A stretch of 64,000 nt of DNA from Pyrinomonadaceae bacterium (GCA_049663465.1 JBATDM010000105.1:62-64061); one strand, 5' to 3'. Counted from the stretch's first letter, positions 55,894 to 64,000 are shown. Notes: generated from the letters alone by a model not told the origin. Made by a program: numbers and translations.

Positions 55894-56819
55894 AACCCCA
55901 AAACATCTCCGGTTTTCAGCTTAGCACCATTCAGAAAATCGCGAACAGGCATTCTACGCTTCCCTTCAGGCTGTATCTCATCCACGTTCAAGGCGGTATT
56001 GCCACCACAGGCGATGACAAGTTGGGCATTTCTCGCAGAGACTACTTCGCCAGGCCGTTTGGCCATCTCGCTCGGCCTAATCGAAGCTCGCCAGAAAGTC
56101 AGCTTTCCGCTTCCCAAATAGCTAAATGACCCCGGAAATGGCTGAAAGCCTCTTATTTGATCGGAGATATCTTTCGCCGGGCGTGTCCAATCGATCAACC
56201 CGTCTTCCCTCCGCATTATCGGGGCATAGCTCGCCAGATCGTCATTCTGCTCAGTTGACTCGAGCTCATCCACACAGGCTAAGGTCTCTGACAAGAGATC
56301 AGCACCGATGGCCGATAGCCTGGCCATCAACTCGATCGAACCCTCGTTGGCACCGATCTCTGTCTTTGCCTGTAGCAAAATCGGCCCGGTGTCGAGTCCG
56401 ACGTCCATCTGCATGGTTGTCACGCCTGTCTCAGTCTCTCCGTTTACGATTGCCCAGTTTACTGGCGCCGCTCCACGATATTTTGGCAAAAGCGAAAAAT
56501 GCACATTGACCGCCCCATGCTCAAAGGCATTCAGATAGGTTTCGGGAAGGATCCGTCCGTATGCGACGACCACCACAACTTTGGCTCCGTGAGACCGAAA
56601 CTCCTCGATCGTATCCGCAGCCTTGATCTTTAACGGTTGAAAGACGGGAATGCTACGCTCGATCGCCTTCAGTTTGACCGGCGAATACACGATCTTGTTC
56701 CCTCGCCCCGCCGGTCGATCGGGTTGGGTATAGACGGCAACGACCTGATGGCCATCGGCGATCAAACGTTCGAGCGAAGGAACCGCAGCGTTAGGCGTTC
56801 CCATGAAAACAATCTTCAT
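55890..56819 (-). CDS. fmt: methionyl-tRNA formyltransferase
   Basis: MKIVFMGTPNAAVPSL N-terminus and HFSLLPKYRGAAP motif. Start set at ATG 56819. Confidence 0.9.
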   Translation of the reverse strand: MKIVFMGTPNAAVPSLERLIADGHQVVAVYTQPDRPAGRGNKIVYSPVKLKAIERSIPVFQPLKIKAADTIEEFRSHGAKVVVVVAYGRILPETYLNAFEHGAVNVHFSLLPKYRGAAPVNWAIVNGETETGVTTMQMDVGLDTGPILLQAKTEIGANEGSIELMARLSAIGADLLSETLACVDELESTEQNDDLASYAPIMRREDGLIDWTRPAKDISDQIRGFQPFPGSFSYLGSGKLTFWRASIRPSEMAKRPGEVVSARNAQLVIACGGNTALNVDEIQPEGKRRMPVRDFLNGAKLKTGDVLGL

Positions 56820-58360
56820 TTTCGTCCCAGTCTCAGTGCATCGGCCATGATATAGAACGTCCAATTTTCTTCCATCGAACCCCGAAATAGATGCGCGTTT
56901 ACGCCGGTAGCAAATATGGCGACATCCTCACCGCCGTGCGTCTCCGACCACAGCCGAATATTTGCCTCCTGCGTGTAGTCCGGGTTCAGGACCATCTCTT
57001 CGGTCAGCGTAGGGCGTTCACCTCCACGGGCTCCCATTCCATTCGCGTACCCAAGGGTCGTATAGGGTTTGCGGTCACGGTCCAATTTGTATGCCGCCTC
57101 AAACTCGCCGTCACCTCCGATCTCGCGTGTTAGGCCGAGGATATTGTTTCCCCGGCCGGGATACCCCTGAATAAACATGGTATGACTGTGATCCGCAGTA
57201 ACAACTATGAGGGTGTCCTTTAGATTAACGCGGCTCGCTGCCGCCCGTACGGCATCAGAAAGTGCAACAGTGTCACGAAGCGCCCGATACGCATTACCGT
57301 CATGGTGTGCATGGTCAATTCGTCCGCCCTCGACCATCAGAAAATAACCTTTCTTGTTTGTCGAAAGCATGTCGATCGCTTTTGTGGTCATTTCGGCAAG
57401 CGAAGGCTCACCAGCCGTGTCTTTCGGGCGATCATGCTCATACTGCATGTGTGACGGCTCAAATAATGCGAGGACGTGCTTATCCTTCTTCGGATCAATA
57501 TTAGAAAATTGCTCGCGGTTCCACACAAACGACGCGCCTGAGTGCTTCTTTACCCATTCGGAGGTGAGGTCACGGCCATCTTTGCGTTCACCTTTTTGAG
57601 TTGGATACTCCGGATCATTCAACGAGTTCGGAAGAAATTTCGTACGGCCGCCTCCAAATGCTACTTCGAGTCCGTCGCCGTATTTGAATTCGATCAGCTG
57701 TCGGGCAATGTCTGGAAAGTTTGCCTCATATGCATCTTTCCTTCGTGTAAAAATATCAGAATCCGACTCCCAGTCCCGCGACGCGGTGTGAGCATAGCAG
57801 GCCGCCGGAGTGGCATGAGTAAGGCGAGCGGTGGAAACTATGCCTGTCGATCGGCCTGACTCCTCAGCATACTCAAGGAGCGTTTTGGTTTCATTTCCAG
57901 CAACGGTAAGATAGTTGCCAAACTGTACCTTCTGATTCACCGAAATTATGCCTTCGTCTGTTTTGACACCGGAAATGATCGCACTCATTGTCGGGGCTGA
58001 ATCAGACGTTTGCTGATTGGTGCCGTATGTTTTAGAAAGGGCTGAAAACGGAAACTGTTCAAAACTCAGTCGATTCTCTTCGCCGCTCTCACCCCGCATC
58101 TGGCCTTCGAAGATACGCGCAGCGGTAAGCGTCGAAACGCCCATTCCGTCCCCGATAAAGAGGATGACGTTCTTCGCCTTGCCCTTGTGCAGCTTCTGCT
58201 TCTTGGCCGTGTTTACCGCATTCCAACCATCCATACGCCACGTACCAGCATTTTCAACTCGCTTGACCGGAAATGGCGGTTGGGGAGACTGTGCCAACAT
58301 CGAAGAAGTTATTGCAACGATCAGGGAAAAAGCTAAGACCCTAGTGTTCATTTTTCTCAT
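56816..58360 (-). CDS. alkaline phosphatase (PhoA family), secreted
   Basis: GDGMGVSTLTAAR, the active-site region TSDSAPTMSA, and DHAHH/ADHSH metal motifs. Start set at M44 of the ORF-track protein (signal peptide). Confidence 0.85.
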   Translation of the reverse strand: MRKMNTRVLAFSLIVAITSSMLAQSPQPPFPVKRVENAGTWRMDGWNAVNTAKKQKLHKGKAKNVILFIGDGMGVSTLTAARIFEGQMRGESGEENRLSFEQFPFSALSKTYGTNQQTSDSAPTMSAIISGVKTDEGIISVNQKVQFGNYLTVAGNETKTLLEYAEESGRSTGIVSTARLTHATPAACYAHTASRDWESDSDIFTRRKDAYEANFPDIARQLIEFKYGDGLEVAFGGGRTKFLPNSLNDPEYPTQKGERKDGRDLTSEWVKKHSGASFVWNREQFSNIDPKKDKHVLALFEPSHMQYEHDRPKDTAGEPSLAEMTTKAIDMLSTNKKGYFLMVEGGRIDHAHHDGNAYRALRDTVALSDAVRAAASRVNLKDTLIVVTADHSHTMFIQGYPGRGNNILGLTREIGGDGEFEAAYKLDRDRKPYTTLGYANGMGARGGERPTLTEEMVLNPDYTQEANIRLWSETHGGEDVAIFATGVNAHLFRGSMEENWTFYIMADALRLGRK

Positions 58361-58443
58361 ACGTGTATCAAAAAAAGTGCCAAGCTCAAATAGTGAACTT
58401 AACACCTCGAAAACCAAAAATACAATTCCCTTTCCGTAACGCT

Positions 58444-59349
58444 TTAGTAACCGCAATGATAGTTCGAACCGTCGAATATGCGTGTCCATTTCGCACCCGA
58501 ACGGCCGTAGACATGGAAACCTGATCCTTCGAAAGACTGTGTGTATGTAAATACCTCAGATATGCCGTCCCCGTTAAAATCAAACACATCCAGCAAAAGT
58601 TCGTGATAAACCCCTTCATCAACTGCCGCGATCTCACCGCTCATTACATTCGCCTGATCGACCGTTCGGTACTCATGGTGGCCGAACGAAAACTTACCGT
58701 TTTGGCCCCGGCTGGCAATGAAAAATAGCAATGCACGCGTTTGCCTGTCCACTTCGACCCAATATGAGCCAACAAGTTCCGCCTTCGCGTCGTTATCGAG
58801 ATCAAGTGCGGTCAGATTTTGATAACGCAAAACCGTAGGCGTCAGCTTTTGTTTCGTAAACTCTGCACGAACCAGATCTTCGATCTCCTCACGTTCAGCC
58901 GCGGTCGGTCGTCGTCGATAGCTTTTTCCGGATGATTTCCCCGCAACATTAGAAGCTAGGCCCATAACCAGTCCATCAAGTTTGGCGGTCACCGCTTTTG
59001 TGGAGACGGTCGCCATATTAGCAGAACACTCCGCCTTCGAGTTCGAACTTTTGACCGTAACGGTTCCCGCATCCGCACCGCCAAAGATCAAACGATAGCT
59101 CGCACTCGGCTTATAGTAGTTCGCATTAAATGCCGTGATCTGTTTGGCATCGTCGCTTCCATTGACCGGAGCCTCGAGTTTGCCCTTATTGACATAAGCG
59201 ATCGGCTCCAGGGTTTTGCCGTCGTTGAGAACTGCGAAGATGATCGGCTTCTTAGTCGGTGGTTTCGCGGCACGTTTTTGCGACCAAAAGGTGACCGCAG
59301 GGAGAGCGATCATGCCCAGTAATAAAGCGATTTTGAAGATAGACTTCAT
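58444..59349 (-). CDS. secreted hypothetical protein
   Basis: Signal peptide MKSIFKIALLLGMIALPAVTFW. FNGDGISE is an FG-GAP-like segment. No confident family. Confidence 0.5.
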   Translation of the reverse strand: MKSIFKIALLLGMIALPAVTFWSQKRAAKPPTKKPIIFAVLNDGKTLEPIAYVNKGKLEAPVNGSDDAKQITAFNANYYKPSASYRLIFGGADAGTVTVKSSNSKAECSANMATVSTKAVTAKLDGLVMGLASNVAGKSSGKSYRRRPTAAEREEIEDLVRAEFTKQKLTPTVLRYQNLTALDLDNDAKAELVGSYWVEVDRQTRALLFFIASRGQNGKFSFGHHEYRTVDQANVMSGEIAAVDEGVYHELLLDVFDFNGDGISEVFTYTQSFEGSGFHVYGRSGAKWTRIFDGSNYHCGY

Positions 59350-59374
59350 ATTATTGATTTGCTTGAGTTGGTGG

Positions 59375-60943
59375 TCATATCTTTTGCGCGGTCGATTTGC
59401 CCTGCATAAACTGGAGCAGATATTCACGTCCGCCAGCTTTCGAATCAGTGCCGCTCATATTAAAGCCACCGAACGGATGAACCCCAACCAATGCACCGGT
59501 GCATTTCCGGTTGAGATACAGATTGCCCACGTGAAAATCGCGACGTGCCCGTTCGAGTCTTTCCGGCGATGCCGAATACAATGCCCCTGTCAGGCCAAAT
59601 TCCGTACCGTTGGCGATCTCTAGCGCATGGTCAAAGTCCCGGGCTTTCGTCACCGCGAGAACCGGCGCAAAGATCTCTTCCTGCTCAATGGTCGCTCCCG
59701 CCGCTACATTGTCTATAATGGTCGGTTCAATAAAGAATCCGCTGGAATCATCACCACCACCGCCAACTAGCAACTCGCCGCCCTCTTCAATACCCTTTTT
59801 AATGTACCCGAGCGTTGTGTCGTAAGAACGCCGGTTAATTACTGCCGCGACATTTGTATCGCCCTCGGTTGGCTGGCCGATCTTGAGAGTTTTGGTAAGG
59901 GCAACGATCTTTTGCATCAGTTCGTCGTGGACCTTTTCATCAACGATCAGTCTCGAACACGCAGAGCATTTCTGTCCCTGAAAACCAAATGCCGCCTGTA
60001 CAACTCCTGTTGCCGCTGCATCAATGTCTCCATCGTCCGCAACGACTATGGCGTCCTTTCCGCCCATCTCGGCAACGACCCGTTTTATCCAGATCTGGCC
60101 GGGGCGAGTCTTTGCTGCCTCAGCATTGATGTGCAAACCAACGCCTTTTGAGCCGGTAAAAGAAATAAATCGCGTTTTTGGATGCGTGACCATTGCTTCA
60201 CCTGTTGCGGCGCTGCCTGAGATGAAATTTACAACCCCCGCTGGCAATCCAACTTCCTCGACGATTTTCATAAACTTCGCCGCGATTGTCGGCGAATCAG
60301 ACGAAGGTTTTAGCACCACGGTATTGCCCGCCACTACGGCAGCCAATGTCATTCCGGCCATGATCGCGAGCGGAAAGTTCCACGGCGGAATGACAGCACC
60401 GACTCCGAGCGGAATATATTCGAATGTATTCTTCTCGCCCGCATAGGGCGTGACCGGTTGTTCCTCGGCCCATCGCAGCATTTCGCGGCCATAGAATTCG
60501 CAAAAGTCGATCGCCTCAGCGGTATCTCCGTCGGCCTCGGCCCACGTTTTCGACACCTCAAAAACCATCCATGCGGAAAGTTCGTGCTTCCGCTCCCGCA
60601 TAATTGCTGCGATCTTGAACAAATACTCCGCGCGTTCGGCGGCTGGCACATTCCTCCAAGTCTTGAAAGCTTCACTTGCCGTTGCGACAGCCTTCTCTAC
60701 AAGAGAAGTGTCGGTGTCGCCTTCCGAAAAAACACCGACAACCTCGTCCTTCTTCGCAGGGTTGTTGCTCGTAAACTTTGCATCGAGCGAGATCTTTTCC
60801 CCGCCTATAATAACTGGGTATTCGCGACCAAGCTCGGACCGGACCTTCTCGATAGCAGCCCGCATTGCGTCGGCATTTTCTGCCACAGAATAATCTGTAA
60901 ACGGCTCGTTTCTAAATTCGTCTAGTGTTCGTTGTGTTTGCAT
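59375..60943 (-). CDS. L-glutamate gamma-semialdehyde (1-pyrroline-5-carboxylate) dehydrogenase
   Basis: Aldehyde dehydrogenase fold, with VAEMGGKD and FGFQGQKCSACSR motifs typical of P5CDH (RocA/PruA type). Confidence 0.85.
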   Translation of the reverse strand: MQTQRTLDEFRNEPFTDYSVAENADAMRAAIEKVRSELGREYPVIIGGEKISLDAKFTSNNPAKKDEVVGVFSEGDTDTSLVEKAVATASEAFKTWRNVPAAERAEYLFKIAAIMRERKHELSAWMVFEVSKTWAEADGDTAEAIDFCEFYGREMLRWAEEQPVTPYAGEKNTFEYIPLGVGAVIPPWNFPLAIMAGMTLAAVVAGNTVVLKPSSDSPTIAAKFMKIVEEVGLPAGVVNFISGSAATGEAMVTHPKTRFISFTGSKGVGLHINAEAAKTRPGQIWIKRVVAEMGGKDAIVVADDGDIDAAATGVVQAAFGFQGQKCSACSRLIVDEKVHDELMQKIVALTKTLKIGQPTEGDTNVAAVINRRSYDTTLGYIKKGIEEGGELLVGGGGDDSSGFFIEPTIIDNVAAGATIEQEEIFAPVLAVTKARDFDHALEIANGTEFGLTGALYSASPERLERARRDFHVGNLYLNRKCTGALVGVHPFGGFNMSGTDSKAGGREYLLQFMQGKSTAQKI

Positions 60944-60954
60944 GTCGTTCTTTC

Positions 60955-61176
60955 TTAAATCGTTTCAACCAGAACGCTGTTTTTCGGTTCCGGTAGCGGT
61001 TTCCCATCGGCGAGTAGTATTTCTATTGTCTCGTCGACCGCTTCGCCTAATTCCTTAAATACCTCGACCGGGTCATCGCCGTGCACGCCGCCGTACATTA
61101 ACTCGGGACATATTCCGATAAAGCACTCGTCCTCGTCGCTCCAATAGACTACTTTTTTGTATCGGTCGCGGTTCAT
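60955..61176 (-). CDS. hicB: HicB-family antitoxin (short form)
   Basis: 73 aa. YWSDEDECFIGICPEL...GDDPVEVFKELGEAVDETIEILLADGKPLPEP matches the HicB N-terminal fold pattern. Confidence 0.7.
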   Translation of the reverse strand: MNRDRYKKVVYWSDEDECFIGICPELMYGGVHGDDPVEVFKELGEAVDETIEILLADGKPLPEPKNSVLVETI

Positions 61177-61178
61177 TG

Positions 61179-61379
61179 CTATTTTTTCTTCACTCCGGCG
61201 ATCGCTTCTCTTACCATTTTGATCTGATATCGCTGAGCGTCATCACCTGGTTTACCCGATATTGTAACAGTTTTCACAATGTCCGAATGAGAGTAAACAC
61301 GATGACTACCCTTTCCCGAACGGTAAATAAATCCCGACCTTTCCAGCGTTGATATTAGTTCTCGTATCTTCGGCGGCAG
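61179..61379 (-). CDS. hicA: HicA-family mRNA interferase toxin (no canonical start; possible recent frameshift)
   Basis: My own translation of the minus strand gives (L)PPKIRELISTLERSGFIYRSGKGSHRVYSHSDIVKTVTISGKPGDDAQRYQIKMVREAIAGVKKK*. The GKGSHR core is typical of HicA. The ORF ends 2 nt before the hicB ATG. It is not in the ORF track. Confidence 0.55.
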   Translation of the reverse strand: MPPKIRELISTLERSGFIYRSGKGSHRVYSHSDIVKTVTISGKPGDDAQRYQIKMVREAIAGVKKK

Positions 61380-61385
61380 TAGGCA

Positions 61386-62093
61386 TTAAAAGGTTATCCC
61401 ATAATACGCCGCAAAGGAATTGTTTCCTCGACCTGAGTTTCCAAAGCTGTAACCGGTCGTCAGAAACTGCCGTTTCGTTACGGCGAATGTCAGGCCTGCT
61501 GAGGCGTAGCCGAGACGGTTCTTGCCTGAGAACCAATCGGCGACAAAGCTAACGCGTTCGACGATCGGTTGGTTGACGCCAATGATCGCTCCCGTTTTGT
61601 CTCCGTAATCCTCGACGCCGCCTATAATGCGGTACGCTCCGCCGGTGACGGTCATTCCATTGAGCGGATTCACCGTTTTACTTGCTACGCCGTAAGCCAT
61701 GACGGAAGTTTTGTCCGTGCCGCGTGTCCGAAGCGGTACAAATGCAACGCCGCCGCCTGAGATCGCAAAGCCGTGGCGTTCGCTACGGTAAACATTTTGC
61801 TTCAAACTAAATTCAACCTGTGCGGTCGCTTCTTCGCCGTCGTAGGTGTAGTAAAAATTCGATCCGATCTCGGTCTTATTCGAGGCTCCATAAGCTAAAC
61901 GATATCCGTAGGTCTGAAAACCGCCGTCGCGATAGGCCGCGGGCTTTGTAATAAAGTCTCCCTCAAGTCCCCAAGAGCCTTTTGGCAAAGTGTCGGTTGT
62001 CGGAATATTGAACAAAGTTGACTGAGCGGATACGGCGACGCCGCAGACAAACACGATCAGCGTGCAAAAAAGAAGCGATGTTCTACTAAACAT
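61386..62093 (-). CDS. outer-membrane beta-barrel protein (hypothetical)
   Basis: Start set at ATG 62093 (signal peptide MFSRTSLLFCTLIVFVCGVAVSAQ, GGGGAGAA RBS). Alternating beta-strand pattern and a C-terminal ...YYGITF aromatic terminus. Confidence 0.5.
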   Translation of the reverse strand: MFSRTSLLFCTLIVFVCGVAVSAQSTLFNIPTTDTLPKGSWGLEGDFITKPAAYRDGGFQTYGYRLAYGASNKTEIGSNFYYTYDGEEATAQVEFSLKQNVYRSERHGFAISGGGVAFVPLRTRGTDKTSVMAYGVASKTVNPLNGMTVTGGAYRIIGGVEDYGDKTGAIIGVNQPIVERVSFVADWFSGKNRLGYASAGLTFAVTKRQFLTTGYSFGNSGRGNNSFAAYYGITF

Positions 62094-62226
62094 TTTGTTC
62101 TCCCCTTGCGGCACTCTGATATTGATCCCATCCCAACCGACCGGGGCAAAACGGGCAACCGGGAACCTTATGTAATTTACAGATATTCTATTCGAAAACG
62201 ACCGGAAACCTAAACCTCGAAGAGGT

Positions 62227-62299
62227 AACCACGAAATGACACTAAAAACCACGAAATAGAGAATTCCAATTTAGTGCTCTTTCGTGTACTTTCGTGGTT
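62227..62299. repeat. nested hairpin from repeated AACCACGAAA / TTTCGTGGTT words
   Basis: AACCACGAAA occurs at 62227 and 62247. TTTCGTG is at 62280 and TTTCGTGGTT at 62290. The outer 10-bp stem is perfect. Confidence 0.75.
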
Positions 62300-62305
62300 C
62301 AACTC

Positions 62306-62542
62306 CTACCGATTTCGCTGGCGGTACATCTCGCGTTGTTCCCATTCGTCGAGCAGTTCGGGGAAGATCGCGGGGCCTTCGCCCTGCCAGGCAACGATAA
62401 ATCTCGGTTCCTGGCGGTCTTGTTCGTGTTTGACGTAGCCGAGTATCAGCACCCAGCCGTCGCTGAGATATCGGTTTAGTTCGCCGCTTGAGGTCAGCTC
62501 AGCCGTCAGCCTTGTTTCCTGTATTTTCAATTCTAGTTCCAC
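62306..62542 (-). CDS. small hypothetical protein
   Basis: ORF downstream of def. A GTG at 62542 overlapping the def stop was chosen because the 108-aa ORF-track version overlaps 100 nt of def. Confidence 0.3.
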   Translation of the reverse strand: MELELKIQETRLTAELTSSGELNRYLSDGWVLILGYVKHEQDRQEPRFIVAWQGEGPAIFPELLDEWEQREMYRQRNR

Positions 62543-63054
62543 TTCCCTGTTTTTTGTAAGGTCTTGATCCTGCGTTTTGCAAGCTGCCTTTTGAGCGGCG
62601 TCATACGGTCGAGAAACACAATACCGTCGCAATGATCTGTTTCATGCAGTATACACCTTGCGGCTAGTTCCTGAACATCTATTTCGAATTCCTCGCCTTT
62701 TGCATTCTGAGCGCGGGCAATGACGCGCATCTCTCGTTCGACAACCTGAAACAGTCCGGGAAACGAAAGACACCCTTCATCACCGGTTTGTTCGCCCTCG
62801 ACGCTGATTATTTCGGGATTAATTAGAACATGGCGTTCGCGGCTGCCGTCTTCCATCGGCGTGTCCATCACAAACAGCCTTTTCGACACCCCAACCTGCG
62901 GCGCGGCCAGCCCGACGCCGCCCGCGCTCTCCATCGTCCTAAACATATCCTCAACAAACCGCTCCATCTCCGCCCCAAACTCTCCGTCCCCCACCGGCTT
63001 CCCCACCGTCAGCAAAACAGGCTCAGGATAATGTACTATCGGCAATATCGGCAT
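62533..63054 (-). CDS. def: peptide deformylase
   Basis: GVGLAAPQVG, EGCLSFPG and HETDHCDG motifs. Confidence 0.95.
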   Translation of the reverse strand: MPILPIVHYPEPVLLTVGKPVGDGEFGAEMERFVEDMFRTMESAGGVGLAAPQVGVSKRLFVMDTPMEDGSRERHVLINPEIISVEGEQTGDEGCLSFPGLFQVVEREMRVIARAQNAKGEEFEIDVQELAARCILHETDHCDGIVFLDRMTPLKRQLAKRRIKTLQKTGKWN

Positions 63055-63365
63055 TATTTTCCCATTCTACGTGCCTTCGATGACAAAGGCGAGCATTGCC
63101 CGCGATGTGGCTAACACCAATAGGGACGCTTTACGTTTATGAACGCGGCCAATTCTCCCCAGATCAACTTTTTCCCAAAAAATCAAATATTACTGTAAGG
63201 TTTAGCCGAAAATAGCAATCATTAGTGAAAGGTAATTTACTTTACTTTGTTTTCTTCCTCAGTTTCTCCCAGTTTGCGGATGCATTTTGCGGAATTTCCA
63301 TTCGAGGCAAAACGTGTCCGCATTTTTACGCATAGACGCTTCGAAACCCTCAAAACCCTGCACAA

Positions 63366-63394
63366 TTGCAATTTTAGGCCTATTTTGGTAAAAT
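63366..63394 (+). promoter_or_regulatory. sigma70-like promoter TTGCAA-N17-TAAAAT
   Basis: Hexamers at 63366-63371 and 63389-63394 with a 17-nt spacer, about 18 nt upstream of ATG 63412. Confidence 0.3.
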
Positions 63395-63411
63395 TAGAAT
63401 TACCAAACATT

Positions 63412-63630
63412 ATGCTGATCAACAAAGAAAGAATAATCGAATCACTCAAGACAGAGATCAAATCAAAGAGAAAGGCCGAATTTCCCGTTAACTGCAAGCG
63501 TTGGGACAAACGCCTCGACCTCAGCCGCGGTGCAACCAAAAGATACATCGAAACCGCCGCCGAAACCCTCGGCTACAATGCCAACACGCGTTCCACACTC
63601 GTAAAACTAAAACGCAGGAAATCACACTAA
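63412..63630 (+). CDS. small basic hypothetical protein
   Basis: 72-aa ORF (MLINKERIIESLKTEIKSKRK...) downstream of the promoter-like element. No SD and no family recognised. A competing minus-strand ORF exists. Confidence 0.3.
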   Translation: MLINKERIIESLKTEIKSKRKAEFPVNCKRWDKRLDLSRGATKRYIETAAETLGYNANTRSTLVKLKRRKSH

Positions 63631-63638
63631 TTCTCTAA

Positions 63639-63745
63639 GAAGTGAAAGTTGAGAAGTGAGAGATGCGAGGAAAAGCTCGTCGTTTCTCACTTCTCATTTT
63701 TATTTGTCACTTATCATCTTCACTCTCAGATCTCACTTCCCGTTC
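63639..63745. repeat. hairpin built from 7-nt words (GAAGTGA / CTTCTCA)
   Basis: 5' words GAAGTGA AAGTTGA GAAGTGA GAGATGC. 3' words TTTCTCA CTTCTCA TTTTTAT TTGTCAC TTATCAT CTTCACT CTCAGAT CTCACTT. Perfect 12-bp stem 63650-63661/63685-63696. Confidence 0.8.
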
Positions 63746-64000
63746 ACCACCGAGAGCCGAACTCGCTTGCTTCGTCCAATCACACAGCGCCTTTCTATCA
63801 CTCTCGCTCAAAACTGCGTCGCGATGGATCCACAGATATGATGGCAGCGGCATCTTCGCCTCGTTGATCTCTTCGCAGATCTCTTCAAGCTTTTCCATCC
63901 GCTTCTTTGGTTCGTAGGTGGCGAATCGGCTTAGATTGAGATGCTTTCGGCCATCGTCAATGTGATCTCTCAAAAACCAACCGGACGGCTGGATATAGGA
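63707..64000 (-). CDS. heme-binding-domain (Haem_bd-like) protein, 5'-truncated by window edge
   Basis: The frame is open to the window end. ...PSGWFLRDHIDDGRKHLNLSRF ... MPLPSYLWIHRDAVLSESDRKALCDW matches the heme-binding domain pattern I recall. The last roughly 12 codons read into the word-repeat hairpin. Confidence 0.5.
   Translation of the reverse strand, partial: SYIQPSGWFLRDHIDDGRKHLNLSRFATYEPKKRMEKLEEICEEINEAKMPLPSYLWIHRDAVLSESDRKALCDWTKQASSALGGEREVRSESEDDK

Noticed and set aside
61306-61536. 76-aa minus-strand ORF in the track.
   Set aside because: It overlaps the 3' end of the outer-membrane protein gene and the start of the hicA frame. Its tail is the out-of-frame ATG reading discussed under hicA.
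63237-63548. 103-aa minus-strand ORF competing with the small plus-strand ORF at 63412-63630.
   Set aside because: It has no RBS, promoter or motif and a hydrophobic low-complexity translation. The plus-strand ORF at least follows a promoter-like element, but both remain weak.

Overview
This 64-kb chromosomal window is densely coding and mostly housekeeping. I call about 70 CDS and 3 tRNAs (Val-GAC, Arg-CCG, Glu-CTC). I saw no rRNA, CRISPR array, transposase or integrase. Gene content (VWFA-type secreted protein, many zinc-ribbon membrane proteins, C25 peptidase, BamD-like TPR protein) weakly suggests an Acidobacteria-like genome; that is inference only.

Main blocks:
- The conserved translation cluster thrS-infC-rpmI-rplT-pheS-pheT, followed by a ZapB-like gene, zapA and a candidate 6S RNA.
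- A minus-strand chain of alkaline phosphatase, fmt, trhO and rsmB, joined by three ATGA overlaps.
- acnA, ggt, mntH, an MscS-cNMP channel, ilvA, rpe, def, and P5C dehydrogenase.

Non-routine items:
1. An accessory patch at about 39.8-42.7 kb. It holds a compact type II R-M pair, a probable methyltransferase C-terminal remnant, a 10 x 21-bp tandem array whose units each carry a GCGA-N3-TCGC inverted repeat, and an orphan gene with its own promoter-like site and terminator.
2. An orphan 1160-aa P-loop protein (45818-49300). Its N-terminus and Walker A context resemble BrxC/PglY-type BREX ATPases, but no other BREX genes are nearby.
3. A recurrent class of intergenic hairpins whose two arms are built from period-7 word repeats, with a different word at each locus (five loci, plus one variant with a different period).
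4. A hicA toxin ORF absent from the ORF track because it lacks a canonical start; it sits upstream of hicB.

All family assignments come from motif recognition by eye. No searches or computations were run.
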